Source: Mobula birostris
Lineage: Eukaryota
Length of the DNA stretch: 64,000 nt
Direction of reading: 5' to 3'
Assembly: GCF_030028105.1 (NCBI RefSeq)
Contig: NC_092374.1
Span: 171,516,432-171,580,431 of the forward strand
A model generated the notes under the pieces. That model worked only from the letters and a program-made list of their open reading frames with translations, did no database searches and was not told the origin of the DNA. The translations under genes and the position numbers were made by a program. Positions 36,932 to 49,621 of this stretch are shown here, one piece after another (the first letter of the stretch is position 1; every line of letters starts with the position of its first letter).

Positions 36932-38084
36932 TAACTACCCAGCACTCGGTACTAGTAACCAAGGGACACTTAACTACTCAACAATCGGTACTAGTGACCA
37001 AAAGACATTTAACTACCCAGCAATCGGTATCAGTGACTGAGGGATACGTTACTAACCAAACACTTGGTACCAATATCCAAAGACTACTGAAGTACCCAAA
37101 TACTCCCAAATACTTAGTACCAGTGACTGAAGGAACCTTAACCACCTAACTCTCAACACCAATGATCGAGGGACACTTAACTCCCCGACACTAACAGTAA
37201 TTGCGGGACACTTTGCTCACAGCACTGAGTCAGCACACCAGGGTGTGTTCACCACATCTACATCCAGTGTTATTTTTAGCTGGCTTGTTCTTGTTGTGCC
37301 ACTGACTGATGATAATTGGCTCCCACTTGAGGAACATGTCGGTGGCGAGTGTGCAGCCTAACCTGCACAAATTGGCATCCTGCCGCGGCGAAAAACTGGG
37401 ATAGGTATCACAGGGACTAAAATCCCGATCACTGCTTCCTAACGAGGAGGAGGCCTCACATTTTTGTAGCACCCTTCACAGCCTCAGGACAGCCCATGGG
37501 AACAGAGGTGCTCGGTGAATCTTGCAATACCGGTCTTCCTCTCCTGCCTCGCTTTGTAAGAGGAGGTGAGACCAGCCCAGAGTCACACAGGATGTACACA
37601 GCATCTTCAGCCCATCGACTGTGTGCTGGCCACCCTTATACACCAGTCCTATCAGGACTTCTCAGCTCCAGCTCAGGGTTAATTAAAAGTGGCCAAATTG
37701 ACCTACCAAACTTCAGTAACCACCATGGATGAGACCCCAGGCCGGGATCAGACTGAGAAAATAAAAATGTGCGCCTGAGCAAAATGACATTGAAGTGATA
37801 CTCTGAGGTGATGAACAAGGACAAGGGGGAAGAACCTCCCACTATCAACTAACTGACAGCCCAACCTAACCTTACAGACACTGTAGTGACATTCAACATG
37901 CAATGGCCGATATGTAAAGGGTTTCAGTAACAAGGATAGCAGACTAGTGAGTGCCGCCATTCTGGTCAGTACAGTTACCGCGAACATCACGTGTACAGTT
38001 ACCATGGTGAGTACAGTCTCCCTGTGAACACCACATGATGTGGTGGCCAGTACAGAAACTTGGATGGTACAGGGGTAGGTACGG

Positions 38085-40823
38085 CTACATCAAGTGCCGG
38101 GCTTTAGATGTTTCAGAAAGGACAGGGAGGGAGGCAAAAGAGATGGGGGCATGGCACTGTTGATCAGAGATAGTGTCACGGCTGCAGAAAAGGAAGAAGT
38201 CATGGAGGGATTGTCTATGGAGTCTCTGTGGGTGGAAGTTAGAAAAGGAAGGGGTCAATAACTCTACTGGGTGTTTTTTATAGACCACCCAATAGTAACG
38301 GGGACACCACGGAGCAGATAGGGAGACAGATTCTGGAAAGGTGTAATAATAACAGAGTTGTCGTGGTGGGAGATTTTAATTTCCCAAATATCGATTGGCA
38401 TGTCCCTGGAGCGAGGGCTTTAGATGGGGTGGAGTTTGTTAGGTGTGTTCAGAAAGGTTTCTTGACACAATATGTAGATATGCCTACAAGAGGAGAGGCT
38501 GAACTTGATCTGGTATTGGGAAATGAACTTGATCAGGTGTCAGGTCTCTCAGTGGGAGAGCATTTTGGGGATAGTGATCACAATTCTATCTCCTTACCAT
38601 AGCATTGGAAAGGCATAGGAACAGACAGGTTAGGGAAACATTTAATTGGAGTAAGTGGAAATATGAGGCTATCAGGCAGGAACTTGGAAGCATAAATTGG
38701 AAACAGATGTTCTCAGGGAAACGTACAGAAGAAATATGGCAAATGTTCAGGGGATATTTGCATGCGGTTCTGCGTAGGTACATTCCAATGAGACAGGGAA
38801 AGAATGGTAGGGTACAGGAACCATGTTGTACAAAGGTTGTTGTAAATCTAGTCAAGAAGGAAAGTAGAGCTTACGAAAGGTTAAAAAAAACTAGGTAATG
38901 ATAGAAATCTAGAAGATTTTAAGGCTAACAGGAAGGAGCTTAAGAATAAAATTAGGAAAGCCATAAGGGGCCATGAGAAGGCCTTGGCAAGCAGGATTAA
39001 GGAAAACCCCAAGGCATTCTACAAGTATGCTAAGAGCAAGAGGATAAGACGTGAGAGAATAGGACCAATCAAGTGTGACAGTGGGAAAGTGTGTATGGAA
39101 CCGGAGGAGATAGCAGAGGTACTTAATGAATACTTTGCTTCAGTTTTCGCTATGGAAAAGGAGCTTGGCCATTGTAGGGATGACTTGCAGCAGACTGAAA
39201 AGCTTGAGCATGTAGATATTAAGGAAGAGGATATGCTGGAGCTTTTGGAAAGTATCAAGTTGGATAAGTCACCGGGACAGGATGGGATGTACCCCAGGCT
39301 ACTATGGGAAGCGAGGGAGGAGATTGCTGAGCCTCTGGAGATGACCTTTGCATCAACAATGGAGACAGGAGAGGTTCCGGAGGATTGGAAGGTTGCGGAT
39401 GTTGTTCCTTTATTCAAGAAAGGGAGTAGAGATAGCCCAGGAAATTATAGACCAGTGAGTCTTACTTCAGTGGTTGGTAAGTTGATGGAGAAGATCCTGA
39501 AAGACAAGATTTATGAACATTTGGAAAGGCAAAATATGATTAGGAATAGTCAGCATGGCTTTGTCAAAGACAGGTCATGCCTTATGAGCCTGATTGAATT
39601 TTTTGAGGATGTGACTAAACACATTGATGAAGGTAGAGCAGTAGATGTAGTGTATATGGATTTTAGCAAGGCATTTGATAAGGTACCCCATACAAGGTTT
39701 ATTGAGAAAGTAAGGAGGCATAGAATCCAAGGGGACATTGCTTTGTAGATCCAGCATTGGCTTGCCCACAGAAAGCAAAGGGTGGTTGTAGATGGGTCAT
39801 ATTCTGCATGGAGGTCAGTGACCAGTGGTGTGCCTCAGGGATCCGTTCTGGGACCCCTACTCTTCGTGATTTTTATAAATGACATGGATGAAGAAGTGGA
39901 GGGATGGTTAGTAAATTTGCTGATGACATAAAGGTTGGGGGTGTTGTGGACAGTGTGGAGGGCTGTCAGAGGTTACAGCGGGACATTGATAGGATGCAAA
40001 ACTGGGCTGAGAAGTAGCAGGTGGAGTTCAACACAGATAAGTGTGAGGTGGTTCATTTTGGTAGGTCAAATATGATGGCAGAATATAGTATTAATGGTAA
40101 GACTCTTGGCAGTGTGGAGGACCAGCGGGGGTCTTGGTGTCTGAGTCCATAGGACACTCAAAACTGCTGCGCAGGTTGACTCTGTGGTTAAGAAAGCATA
40201 TGGTGCATTGGCCTTCATCAATCATGGGACTGAGTTTAAGAGCCAAGAGGTAATGTTGCAGCTATATAGGACCCTGGTCAGACACCACTTGGAGTACTGT
40301 GCTCATTTCTGGTCACTTCACTACAGGAAGGATGTGGAAGCCATAGAAAGGGTGCAGAGGAGATTTACAAGGATGTTGCCTGGATTGGGGAGCATGCCTT
40401 ATGAGAATAGGTTGAGTGAGCTCGCCTTTACTCCTTGGAGTGACGAAGATTGAGAGGTGACCTGATAGAGGTGTATAAGATGATGAGAGGAAACGATTGT
40501 GTGGATAGTCAGAGGCTTTTTCCCAGGGCTGAAATGGCTAGCATGAGAGGGTATAGTTTGAAGGTGCTTGGAAGCAGGTACAGAGGAGATGTCAGGAGTA
40601 AGTTTTTTTTCGCAGAGAGTGGTGAGTGCGTGGAATGGGCTGCCGGCAACAGTGGTGGAGGCGGATACGATAGGGTCTTTTAAGAGACTCCTGGACAGGT
40701 ACATGGAGCTTAGAAGAATAGAGGGCTATGGGTAAGCCTAGTAAATCTAAGGTAAGGACATGTTCAGCACAGTATTGTGGGCCGAAGGGCCTGTATTGTG
40801 CTGTAGGTTTTCTATGTTTCTAT
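38085..40823 (+). mobile_element. CR1 LINE ORF2 (APE endonuclease plus RT), multiply disrupted
   Basis: VGDFNFPNIDW, GDSDHNSI, KSPGQDGMYPRLL, GNYRPVSLTS, DFSKAFDKVPH; 3' tail. Confidence 0.95.
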
Positions 40824-41591
40824 ATCAGGCTGAAATCTCAACCCCTGCACTCACAGGGACTATCAGTGAGAGAGTGCCTGTAACTGCTGGGAGCCTTGGC
40901 AGGCCCCTCTCACAGGTGAGACCTCAGTGGAGTTGCCATGTTTGATTGGACACGGCCTGGGTGTTTCATCACACAGGGTTATACAGCCCGGAAACAGGCC
41001 CTTCAGCCCAACTTCTCCATACTGACCAACATTGCCTCTCAGCTAGTCTCATTTGCCTCTAAACTAGTCCCATTCATCTAATTGGCAAGTGTTTTTTAAA
41101 TATTGTTCGTGTACCTGCCTAAAACTACTTCTTCTGGCAACTCATTCCATATACTCACCTCCCTCTGGGTGAAGAAGCTTTTGCTCCTCAGGTTCCCCCT
41201 CATCTTTAAGCTTTGCCCTCTAGTTCTTCATTACCTAACTCCGGTAAAAATGCTGAGGGCATTCACTCAATCTACACCCCTCATGATTACATATAACTCT
41301 ACAACTTCACCCCTCAGGTCTCCCATGCTCGAAGGAGTAAAGTCCCAACCAACCTGTCCAACCTGTCTGTCTAACTGAGGCCCTTGTGTGCTGGCAACAT
41401 CCTCATAAATCTTTGTATTCTTTCCATTATCTCATCACTGCCTGCCTTGAAACACTCAGTAAAACAAGAGGGTGATTTTCATAACCCCTTCCCGTTCAAA
41501 TATAGCTTTAATTGACAGGAAACAATATAGATTGAGTAAATATCAACTGGAAAATCTCTGGCATGTGATATTGGCTTGTGTAAATGGTCTT

Positions 41592-41795
41592 ACACACAAT
41601 GCTCTGCGACGACACCGGTGCCAAGCTGTATGGGTCCTAATGCCCTTCCTTTAGACAACATTGGTGTTGTGGAGAGGGGAGACTTGCAGCATGGGCAACT
41701 GCTGGTCTTCCATACAACCTTGCCCAGGCCTGCGCCCTGGAGAGTGAAGACTTTCCAGGGGCAGATCCATGGTCTCGCAAGACTAACGGATGCCT
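41592..41795 (-). mobile_element. RTE-clade 5'-terminal fragment
   Basis: Minus strand starts aggcatccgttagtcttgcgagaccatggatc, similar to RTE 5' ends from memory; homologous blocks with 9311-9600. Confidence 0.5.
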
Positions 41796-42469
41796 TTAAT
41801 TAATTAAAATTGGTCTTAAAGGGTGAGGCTCAATCTTCAACTGTGTCGAAAACATCACCCACAGCCAATAAAATGACCATTCTTTCACACTCATCAACTG
41901 CTGCATAGGTAGACATAAAGGGGCCGAAAGGTCCGAGAGAAGACCTAGGAACATGGGGAGGGGATGGTTGGTAGCCAGGTGGTTTGGGTTGTGGAGAGGA
42001 AGGGGACTGGAGATCCTGGGGAGAAGATCTGCAGAGGATGGGGTAAGATCCAAGATGTTATGGTGGAAATTGTCAGGTTTTGGAAGGTGGAATTAGCAAT
42101 CTCCATGACTGAGAAGGGAAACACAAGCCCAAAAGATGGCCAACATCTCAGATACATGTGGGGTCTGGCTTTTTAACTGACAGTGCAGCACTTAAGACCA
42201 AATCCTTGGACAAACAGGAAGAGCTGCCAGAGGAAATGGGAGAAGCAGGTACTGTTACAAGGTTTAAAAGACATTTGGGCAGGTACACGGACAGGAAAGG
42301 TTTAGAGTTACAGTATATGGACCAAATGACACTTGCTCAGACAGACATCAGACGATTTGGCACGAATGACCCGTTCTCTGTAATGCACCATTAAAAGTTG
42401 CAAGACAGGATATACACCAGATTCTCCAAAGAGGACCAGCCCAGACTCCTAGAGGGCCCTGAACAAATA

Positions 42470-42802
42470 TAGAGGGGATGCTTCCAGTAATGGGAAAGTC
42501 TAAAACCAGAGGAAACAGCATCAGAACAGAAGGATATCCTTTTAGAACAAATATAAGGAGGAATTTCTTTAGCCGGGGTGATGAATTTGTGGAATTCATT
42601 GCCACAGATGGCTATGGAGGCCAAGTTATTGGGTATATTTAATGCAGAGGTTGATAGGTTCTTGATTAGTGAGGTGTCAAAGTTTACAGGGAGAAGGCAG
42701 GAGGATGGATTTGAAAGGGAAAAATAAATTAGCCAAGATTGAATGGCAGAGCAGACCTGAAGGGCCAAATGACATAATTCTGCTCCTTTATCCTGTGGTC
42801 TT
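42470..42802 (+). mobile_element. CR1 3' end
   Basis: GKSKTRG, NLWNSLPQ and typical 3' UTR. Confidence 0.85.
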
Positions 42803-43764
42803 AGCACTTTGGTGATTGTCCACCATGTCTGACGATGACAGGGAACCTGTGCGGTAGAGTACATGAACGGGGTGGGGGGTGGTTCCACTCTCTCAAACTC
42901 AGAAGTCCAGGTCCAGTGATACCAGAATTACCCAAAATGTTAACGGTGTCTCTTCCCACAGAGTTCAAAGTTCAAATAAATTTTATTATCAGAGTACATA
43001 TTCAGTATGTACTTACATATAACCCTGAGAATCATATTTCCTGCAGGCATACTCAGCAAATCTATAGAATAGTAACTATAACAGGATCAATGAAAGATCA
43101 ACCAGCGTGCAGAAGACAACAAACAGTGTAAATGTAAATAAATAGCAATAAGTAATGAGAACATAAGATAAGATAAAGAGGCTTTACAGTGAGATCATTG
43201 GTTGCAGGAAAATCTCATTGGAGCGAAGGTAAGGGAGTGTAGTTATCCCCTTTTGTTCAAGGGCCTGATAGTTATGGGGTCTGCGTGATCTGCTGTTTTC
43301 TGTTTTCATTTCAGATTTCTACCATCTGCAGTCCACTTCCCCCACCATGAAGGACAAAGGCAGCAGCAGGTACACAGGACCGCCACCCCTTGCAGGTCAC
43401 ATACCATCCTGATTTGGAAATATCATAGCTGGATCAAAACAACTTTGACTATGGGGGCTGCTTCCCAACACTGGTTGCATGATTTATGGAGGCGGATCAC
43501 CACCTCCTTCCCAAGTTAGGGCCGAACAATAAACACTAGCTTCCCCAGCAATGACCAGAGCCCCAAAACATTCAGACTATTTCAGGACATACAAGACTCT
43601 CTTGGATTGAAAAGAACCCTCCATCTCAATAATAGCAACCAACACTTGAGAAAACGCCATGCAGCAATGTTGGCCTAACAACAGCAATTGTGGCAAGTCT
43701 GTATCACCTTTGAAAAGAACTCTCAGTGGCAACAACATAATGACGTGCATAAAGTGACATGCAA

Positions 43765-44522
43765 ACTGCCCATAAAAAGTATTCACCTGCCCTACCCCCC
43801 GGAAGTTACAATGTTTTATCGTTTTACAACATTGAATCACAGTGGATTTAATTTGGCTTTTATTGACACTGATCAACAGAATAAGACTTTCGTGCCAAAG
43901 TAAAAACAGATCTCTTCAAATTGATCTAAATTAATTGCAAATTTAAAACACAAAATAATTGATTTAATAAGTATTCACCCTCTTTAATACACCAAATCAT
44001 CACTGATGCAGACAATTGGTTTTAGAAGTCACATAATTAGTGAAATAGAGATCATTGTGTGTAGTCAAGGTGTTTCAATTGATTGTAGTAAAAAGTACAC
44101 CTGTATCTGGGAGGTCCAACTGCTAGTGAGTGCTGGCAACAACTACACTATGAAGACAAAAGAACACTCCAAGCAACTTTGCAAAAAGGTTATTGAAAAG
44201 CACAAGTCAGGAGATGGATACAAAAAAATTTGCAAGTCACTGAATATCCTTTGGAGTACAGTTAAATTAATCATCAAGAATAGAGCACAGCTGTAAATCT
44301 GCCTAGAACAGGCCATCCTCAAAAACTGAGTGACCATGCAAGAAGGGGACTAGTGAGGGAGGCCACCAAGAGACCTATGACAACTCTGGAGGAATTACAA
44401 GCTTCAGTGGTTGAGGTGGGAGAGACTGCGTGTACAACAACTGTTATCCGGGTGATTCACCAGTCGCAGCTTTATGGGAGAGTGGCAAAGAGAAAGTCAC
44501 CATTGAAAAAAGCTCACATGAG
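43765..44522 (+). mobile_element. Tc1 (IR/DR type) left arm with truncated transposase
   Basis: Direct repeat aagtattcacc at ~43777 and ~43969; MKTKEHSKQLCKKVIEKHKSGDGYKKI; REATKRPMTTLEELQ. Confidence 0.9.
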
Positions 44523-44882
44523 CCAAAAGCCAAATGACAAACAGCAGGTCAATCAGAGTACAGCTCAGTCCGGGTCTGTCTGACAGGTGAAAGACATCTC
44601 CTTCTGCCCTGCTTCTGAGGTTATCTCCATGCCTGGTTGTCTTTGGAGAGAGAGCGTGTGGTATCTATGGGCAGATTAGGGGAATTCTGGAAAAGGACGG
44701 AGCCTCAGAGCTAAAATGTGTTGGAGATAGCAATAATCATATTTTAATCTGAACTGTAAATAGTTTATGAAACCCTGATTATTGTTTAGTGTTCTATTGG
44801 TGAATAAACCTTTGCTTAAAAAAAAGACATCTCCTCTGGACATCACCAACATCTGTCAATGTTTTAACATGAATTCTCACAG

Positions 44883-44986
44883 CAGCCAGCATCAGAACTT
44901 CTATAGCCAGATTAACGACAGAAGCAAAAAGACCGTGCGGCAGAACTCCGGCCTCTGGGGATAATATCGCGGTCGAAGTCACCAAG
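44883..44986 (+). other. Candidate 104-nt exon of an unidentified transcript
   Basis: Acceptor ttctcacag, donor AAG|gtaaat, one open frame, high CpG retention; no recognisable homology. Confidence 0.25.
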
Positions 44987-45277
44987 GTAAATTATTTGCA
45001 ACATGTCCCTTCGGGCTATGCTTCCCCGCAAGTTTATGCTGATTTTTTGATAGAGTATCCAATATGTCCCACTCCCCTGTTCCCTCCTCACAGCCATGGA
45101 TTTACAGCATGGAAACAGGCCCTTCTGCCCATCTGGTCCATGCTGAACAAGATACCCCATCCAAGCTAATCCCATTTTCCAGTGTTTGGCACATAACTTT
45201 TTAAATGTTTCCTACCTATTTACCTATCCAGCTGTCCTTGAAAAGTTATTATTCTACCTGTCTCCACACTTCCTCTG

Positions 45278-47347
45278 GAATAAATCAAGGAAGGTAGTGC
45301 ACCCGTGGCTGACAAGAGAAATTAGGGATAGTATCAATTCCAAAGAAGAAGCATACAAATTAGCCAGAAAAAGTGGCTCACCTGAGGACTGGGAGAAATT
45401 CAGAGTTCAGCAGAGGAGGACAAAGGGCTTAATTAGGAAGGGGAAAAAAGATTATGAGAGAAAACTGGCAGGGAACATAAAAACGGACTGTAAAAGCTTT
45501 TATAGATATGTAAAAAGGAAAAGACTGGTAAAGACAAATGTAGGTCCCCTGCAGACAGAAACAGGTGAATTGATTATGGGGAGCAAGGACATGGCAGACC
45601 AACTGAATAATTACTTTGGTTCTGTCTTCACTAAGGAGGACATGAATAATCTTCCAGAAATAGTAGGGGACAGAGGGTCCAGTGAGATGGAGGAACTGAG
45701 CGAAATACATGTTAGTAGGGAAGTGGTGTTAGGTAAATTGAAGGGATTGAAGGCAGATAAATCCCCAGGGCCAGATGGTCTGCATCCCAGAGTGCTTAAG
45801 GAAGTAGCCCAAGAAATAGTGGATGCATTAGTGATAATTTTTCAAAATTCGTTAGATTCTGGACTAGTTCCTGAGGATTAGAGGGTGGCTAATGTAACTC
45901 CACTTTTTAAAAAAGGAGGAAGAGAGAAACCGGGGAATTATAGACCGGTTAGCCTAACGTCGGTGGTGGGGAAACTGCTGGAGTCAGTTATCAAGGATGT
46001 GATAACAGCACATTTGGAAAGCGGTGAAATGATTGGACAAAGTCAGCATGGATTTGTGAAAGGAAAATCACGTCTGACGAATCTCATAGAATTTTTTGAG
46101 GATGTAACTAGTAGAGTGGATAGGGGAGAACCAGTGGATGTGGTATATTTGGACTTTCAAAAGGCTTTTGACAAGGTCCCACACAGGAGATTAGTGTGCA
46201 AACTTAAAGCACACGGTATTGGGGGTAAGGTATTGGTGTGGGTGGAGAATTGGTTAGCAGACAGGAAGCAAAGAGTGGGAATAAACGGGACCTTTTCAGA
46301 ATGGCAGGTGGTGACTAGTGGGGTACCGCAAGGCTCAGTGCTGGGACCCCAGTTGTTTACAAAATATATTAATGACTTGGATGAGGGAATTAAATGCAGC
46401 ATCTCCAAGTTTGCGGATGACACGAAGCTGGGTGGCAGTGTTAGCTGTGAGGAGGATGCTAAGAGGATGCAGGGTGACTTGGATAGGTTGGGTGAGTGGG
46501 CAAGTTCATGGCAGATGCAATTTAATGTGGATAAATGTGAAGTTATCCACTTTGGTGGCAAAAATAGGAAAACAGATTATTATCTGAATGGTGGCCGATT
46601 AGGAAAAGGGGAGGTGCAACGAGACCTGGGTGTCATTATACACCAGTCATTGAAAGTGGGCATGCAGGTACAGCAGGCGGTGAAAAAGGCGAATGGTATG
46701 CTGGCATTTATAGCGAGAGGATTCGAGTACAGGAGCAGGGAGGTACTACTGCAGTTGTACAAGGCTTTGGTGAGACCACACCTGGAGTATTGTGTGCAGT
46801 TTTGGTCCCCTAATCTGAGGAAAGACATCCTTGCCATAGAGGGAGTACAAAGAAGGTTCACCAGATTGATTCCTGGGATGGCAGGACTTTCATATGAAGA
46901 GAGACTGGATGAACTGGGCTTGTACTCGTTGGAATTTAGAAGATTGAGGGGGGATCTGATTGAAACGGATAAGATCCTAAAGGGATTGGACAGGCTAGAT
47001 GCAGGAAGATTATTCCCGATGTTGGGGAAGTCCAGAACAAGGGGCCACAGTTTGAGGATAGAGGGGAAGCCTTTTAGGACCGAGATTAGGAAAAACTTCT
47101 TCACACAGAGAGTGGTGAATCTGTGGAATTCTCTGCCACAGGAAACAGTTGAGGCCAGTTCATTGGCTATATCTAAGAGGGAGTTAGATATGGCCCTTGT
47201 GGCTACGGGGGTCAGGGGGTATAGAGGGAGGGCTGGGGCGGGGTTCTGAGTTGGATGATCAGCCATGATCATAATGAATGGCGGTGCAGGCTCGAAGGGC
47301 CGAATGGCCTACTCCTGCACCTATTTTCTATGTTTCTATGTTTCTAT
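45278..47347 (+). mobile_element. Young 5'-truncated CR1 LINE; ORF2 intact except for one nonsense codon
   Basis: ORFs 45186..45881 and 45885..47249 are in frame, separated by TAG 45879-45881 where PEDW is expected; full RT motifs; (tttctatg)n tail. Confidence 0.97.
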
Positions 47348-49059
47348 CCCTTTCCACATACTGTATATACCACCCTTTGTGTAAAAACGTTGGCCATCAA
47401 GTTCCTCTTAAAATTTTTACCTTCCACCTAAACCTATGCCCTCAAGTTCTTAATTCCTCAACTGTGGACAATGGACTAAGTACATTCACCCTATCTGTTT
47501 TTATACACCTTTATAAGATCACTTCTTATCCAACTTCTCCCGACAACTCTTTCCAGTTTAGTAACATCTTCCTATTACAGGACAACCAACACTGAACAGA
47601 ATGCTCCAAGTACCACCTCACCAGTATCCTGTACAACTACACTCTGACCTCTCAACTTTTATATTCAGTACCCTGACTTATGAAAGGCAAGACAACAAAA
47701 GCATTCTTCACCGCCCTTTTGGCCTCTTCAATTTGTTTAACTCTTCTCCTATCAAAACCAGTTCCACAGCCCTCAGTGTAATATCACTCCCATCCTCTTC
47801 CCTCTGGTTCTCCTACTAATCCCTTCACTCCATGTTCCCTGACACCGACCCTCCTGCCTCTGGAAACAGCTTCTCTTTTCCGATTTTGAACTCATGTCAA
47901 ATCCTCACTTCGCGTCTGAACAGATATATTAAACTTGTATCTTTACCCAGTGTAGCATGTAAAGATCCATCACAATGCACCCAAAGATAATTAAAACTTG
48001 ATCACTTTGCTGCATAAATCTTGAACAGCAGTCTCTTTTCCATAAGGAAAGGAGTTAAGATGTCTTTAATGTTGAAGCATTACATCATTTAACAAGAGCA
48101 TGACCAGATCTGAAGTTCTCTGCTTTCCACCACATTACACAGAGATAAATTTAGAACATCAGCCTTACTGACTTCAGATGTTCTTAAAAATTTAGCAACA
48201 AGTCATATTAACATTCTTCACTGGCTAAACGAATAACCCACTAATGCTTCTAAATGGTTTGCAAATCTATTTTTAATAAACACACATTGGTAAAGTAAGA
48301 ACATATAATGCTCTTTATTCTTACCACTCCTTGGGCTCTGCACTAATTAAAGTAACAAAGTGTTCACAGAACGATATTCAACTACTGGTTTTGTTTTACC
48401 ATTTTTAGATCTCCAGATTTCTGCACTAATACATATTTAAATAATCTGAGTCATGGTCTTTCTCTCTGCTTTTCCCTAGATAAAGTGGAAAACAGTACAG
48501 ATCTAAACAAAGTTTACGGATGCCAGCCCTGGATAACAATGGAACCTACTGGTTAATTACATGATGCATATGGAGACAGAATCTGTTAACCATTGTGTCA
48601 GCAAGGGAAACCAGAATGAGTGTGGATTACAGCCCAGGGTAGAACCACCTCTTGGAGTTAATGGCAGAACAGTAGTGTGAATTCTGTGAGGACCTTGCAG
48701 CACCCACTGGGAGTTTGCCACAACACTTTCCACCAAGTCTCCCTCAGTTATAAAATAAACTCTTGGAGCCTATGTCATTTCCTCCAAATCCAACAGAAAA
48801 TCATTTCGCACCAAAAACCAACATTCACGGATACATCTGCTCCACTCTGTTCAATACTGAACCCCAACAGAACTATATAGATTCAATTCCTGGCACTTTT
48901 ACAGTGGGTTGGCTCTACTCAGTGGTTTCACATTGTGGAGCTTACGGATTTAAAAAAACACAAATCTGAAAGGGCAGAGTAAGTAAACAGGATGCTTGCA
49001 TTCGTTTGCTGGGGAAAATATTATAAAAGCAGGAAGTTATGGTAAGCTGGTAAATTACT

Positions 49060-49310
49060 TTTCCTTCGAGGTACAGAGTGTTGAAAGTTTCATCTTTCTA
49101 GGTATGAACATCACCAATAGTCTGTCTTGGTCCAGTCAAGTTGATGTCACGGCCAAGAAAGCTCACCAACACCTCTATTTCCTCTAAAGAAATCTGACAC
49201 ATCCCCACCAATTCATACCAGTGAGATAGAATCTGAAGCCATTATGGCTTGGTATGACAACTGCTCTGCACATGTCTGTAAAAAACTGCACGGAGTTATG
49301 GACACAGCCC
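49060..49310 (+). mobile_element. Rex1/Babar fragment
   Basis: VESFIFLGMNITNSLSWSSQVDVTAKKAHQHLYFL. Confidence 0.8.
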
Positions 49311-49433
49311 TGTACCCTGTTATCACTTCCTTCAGAATCGATTCCAACAGCTACTCAACTGGCCAATATTTTCTCTCTCCCTCTCTCCTTATCTGGTGGA
49401 GTTACATTTTCTACCTTCCATTCTGTGGGAATG

Positions 49434-49507
49434 TTCTGGGACCCATGAAATGTTGGAGACATTATATCCTTTAATATAATGTCTCCAACATTTCATGAGT
49501 CCCAAAA
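49434..49507. repeat. Near-perfect inverted repeat (34-bp arms, 2 mismatches, 6-nt loop)
   Basis: ttctgggacccatgaaatgttggagacattatat-ccttta-atataatgtctccaacatttcatgagtcccaaaa. Confidence 0.9.
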
Positions 49508-49621
49508 CTCCATTATTCAGGTAATCAGATTCTGATGAGTTATGACCTTCAGGCCTATTAATTTCTCCAATTTCAGATTTTTTCCAACTAATACCAATTT
49601 TTTTGACTCCTCACTCACTCA

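Larger units (their letters stand above)
34885..37230. repeat. 39-bp minisatellite (roughly a dozen degenerate units) interrupted by two retroposons
   Basis: Unit actacccagcactcggtactagtaaccaagggacactta at 35571-35729 and 36932-37230. Confidence 0.9.

Noticed and set aside
35571-37230. 39-bp periodic array as CRISPR or a coding repeat
   Set aside because: No unique spacers, eukaryotic context, degenerate units with stops and TE interruptions
37870-38080. Splice-like signals and ORF 37748..38005
   Set aside because: Overlaps degenerate gtacag repeats; no consistent acceptor and frame, no recognisable product
45885-47249. 454-aa RT ORF as a host or domesticated gene, or a prokaryotic retron/DGR-type system
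   Set aside because: Standard CR1 ORF2 with 5' truncation, an upstream nonsense codon and the CR1 tail
46580-47272. 230-aa antisense ORF
   Set aside because: Shadow frame of CR1 ORF2
49444-49466. ugaaaug resemblance to the miR-203 seed
   Set aside because: The rest of the mature sequence and hairpin differ; likely coincidence
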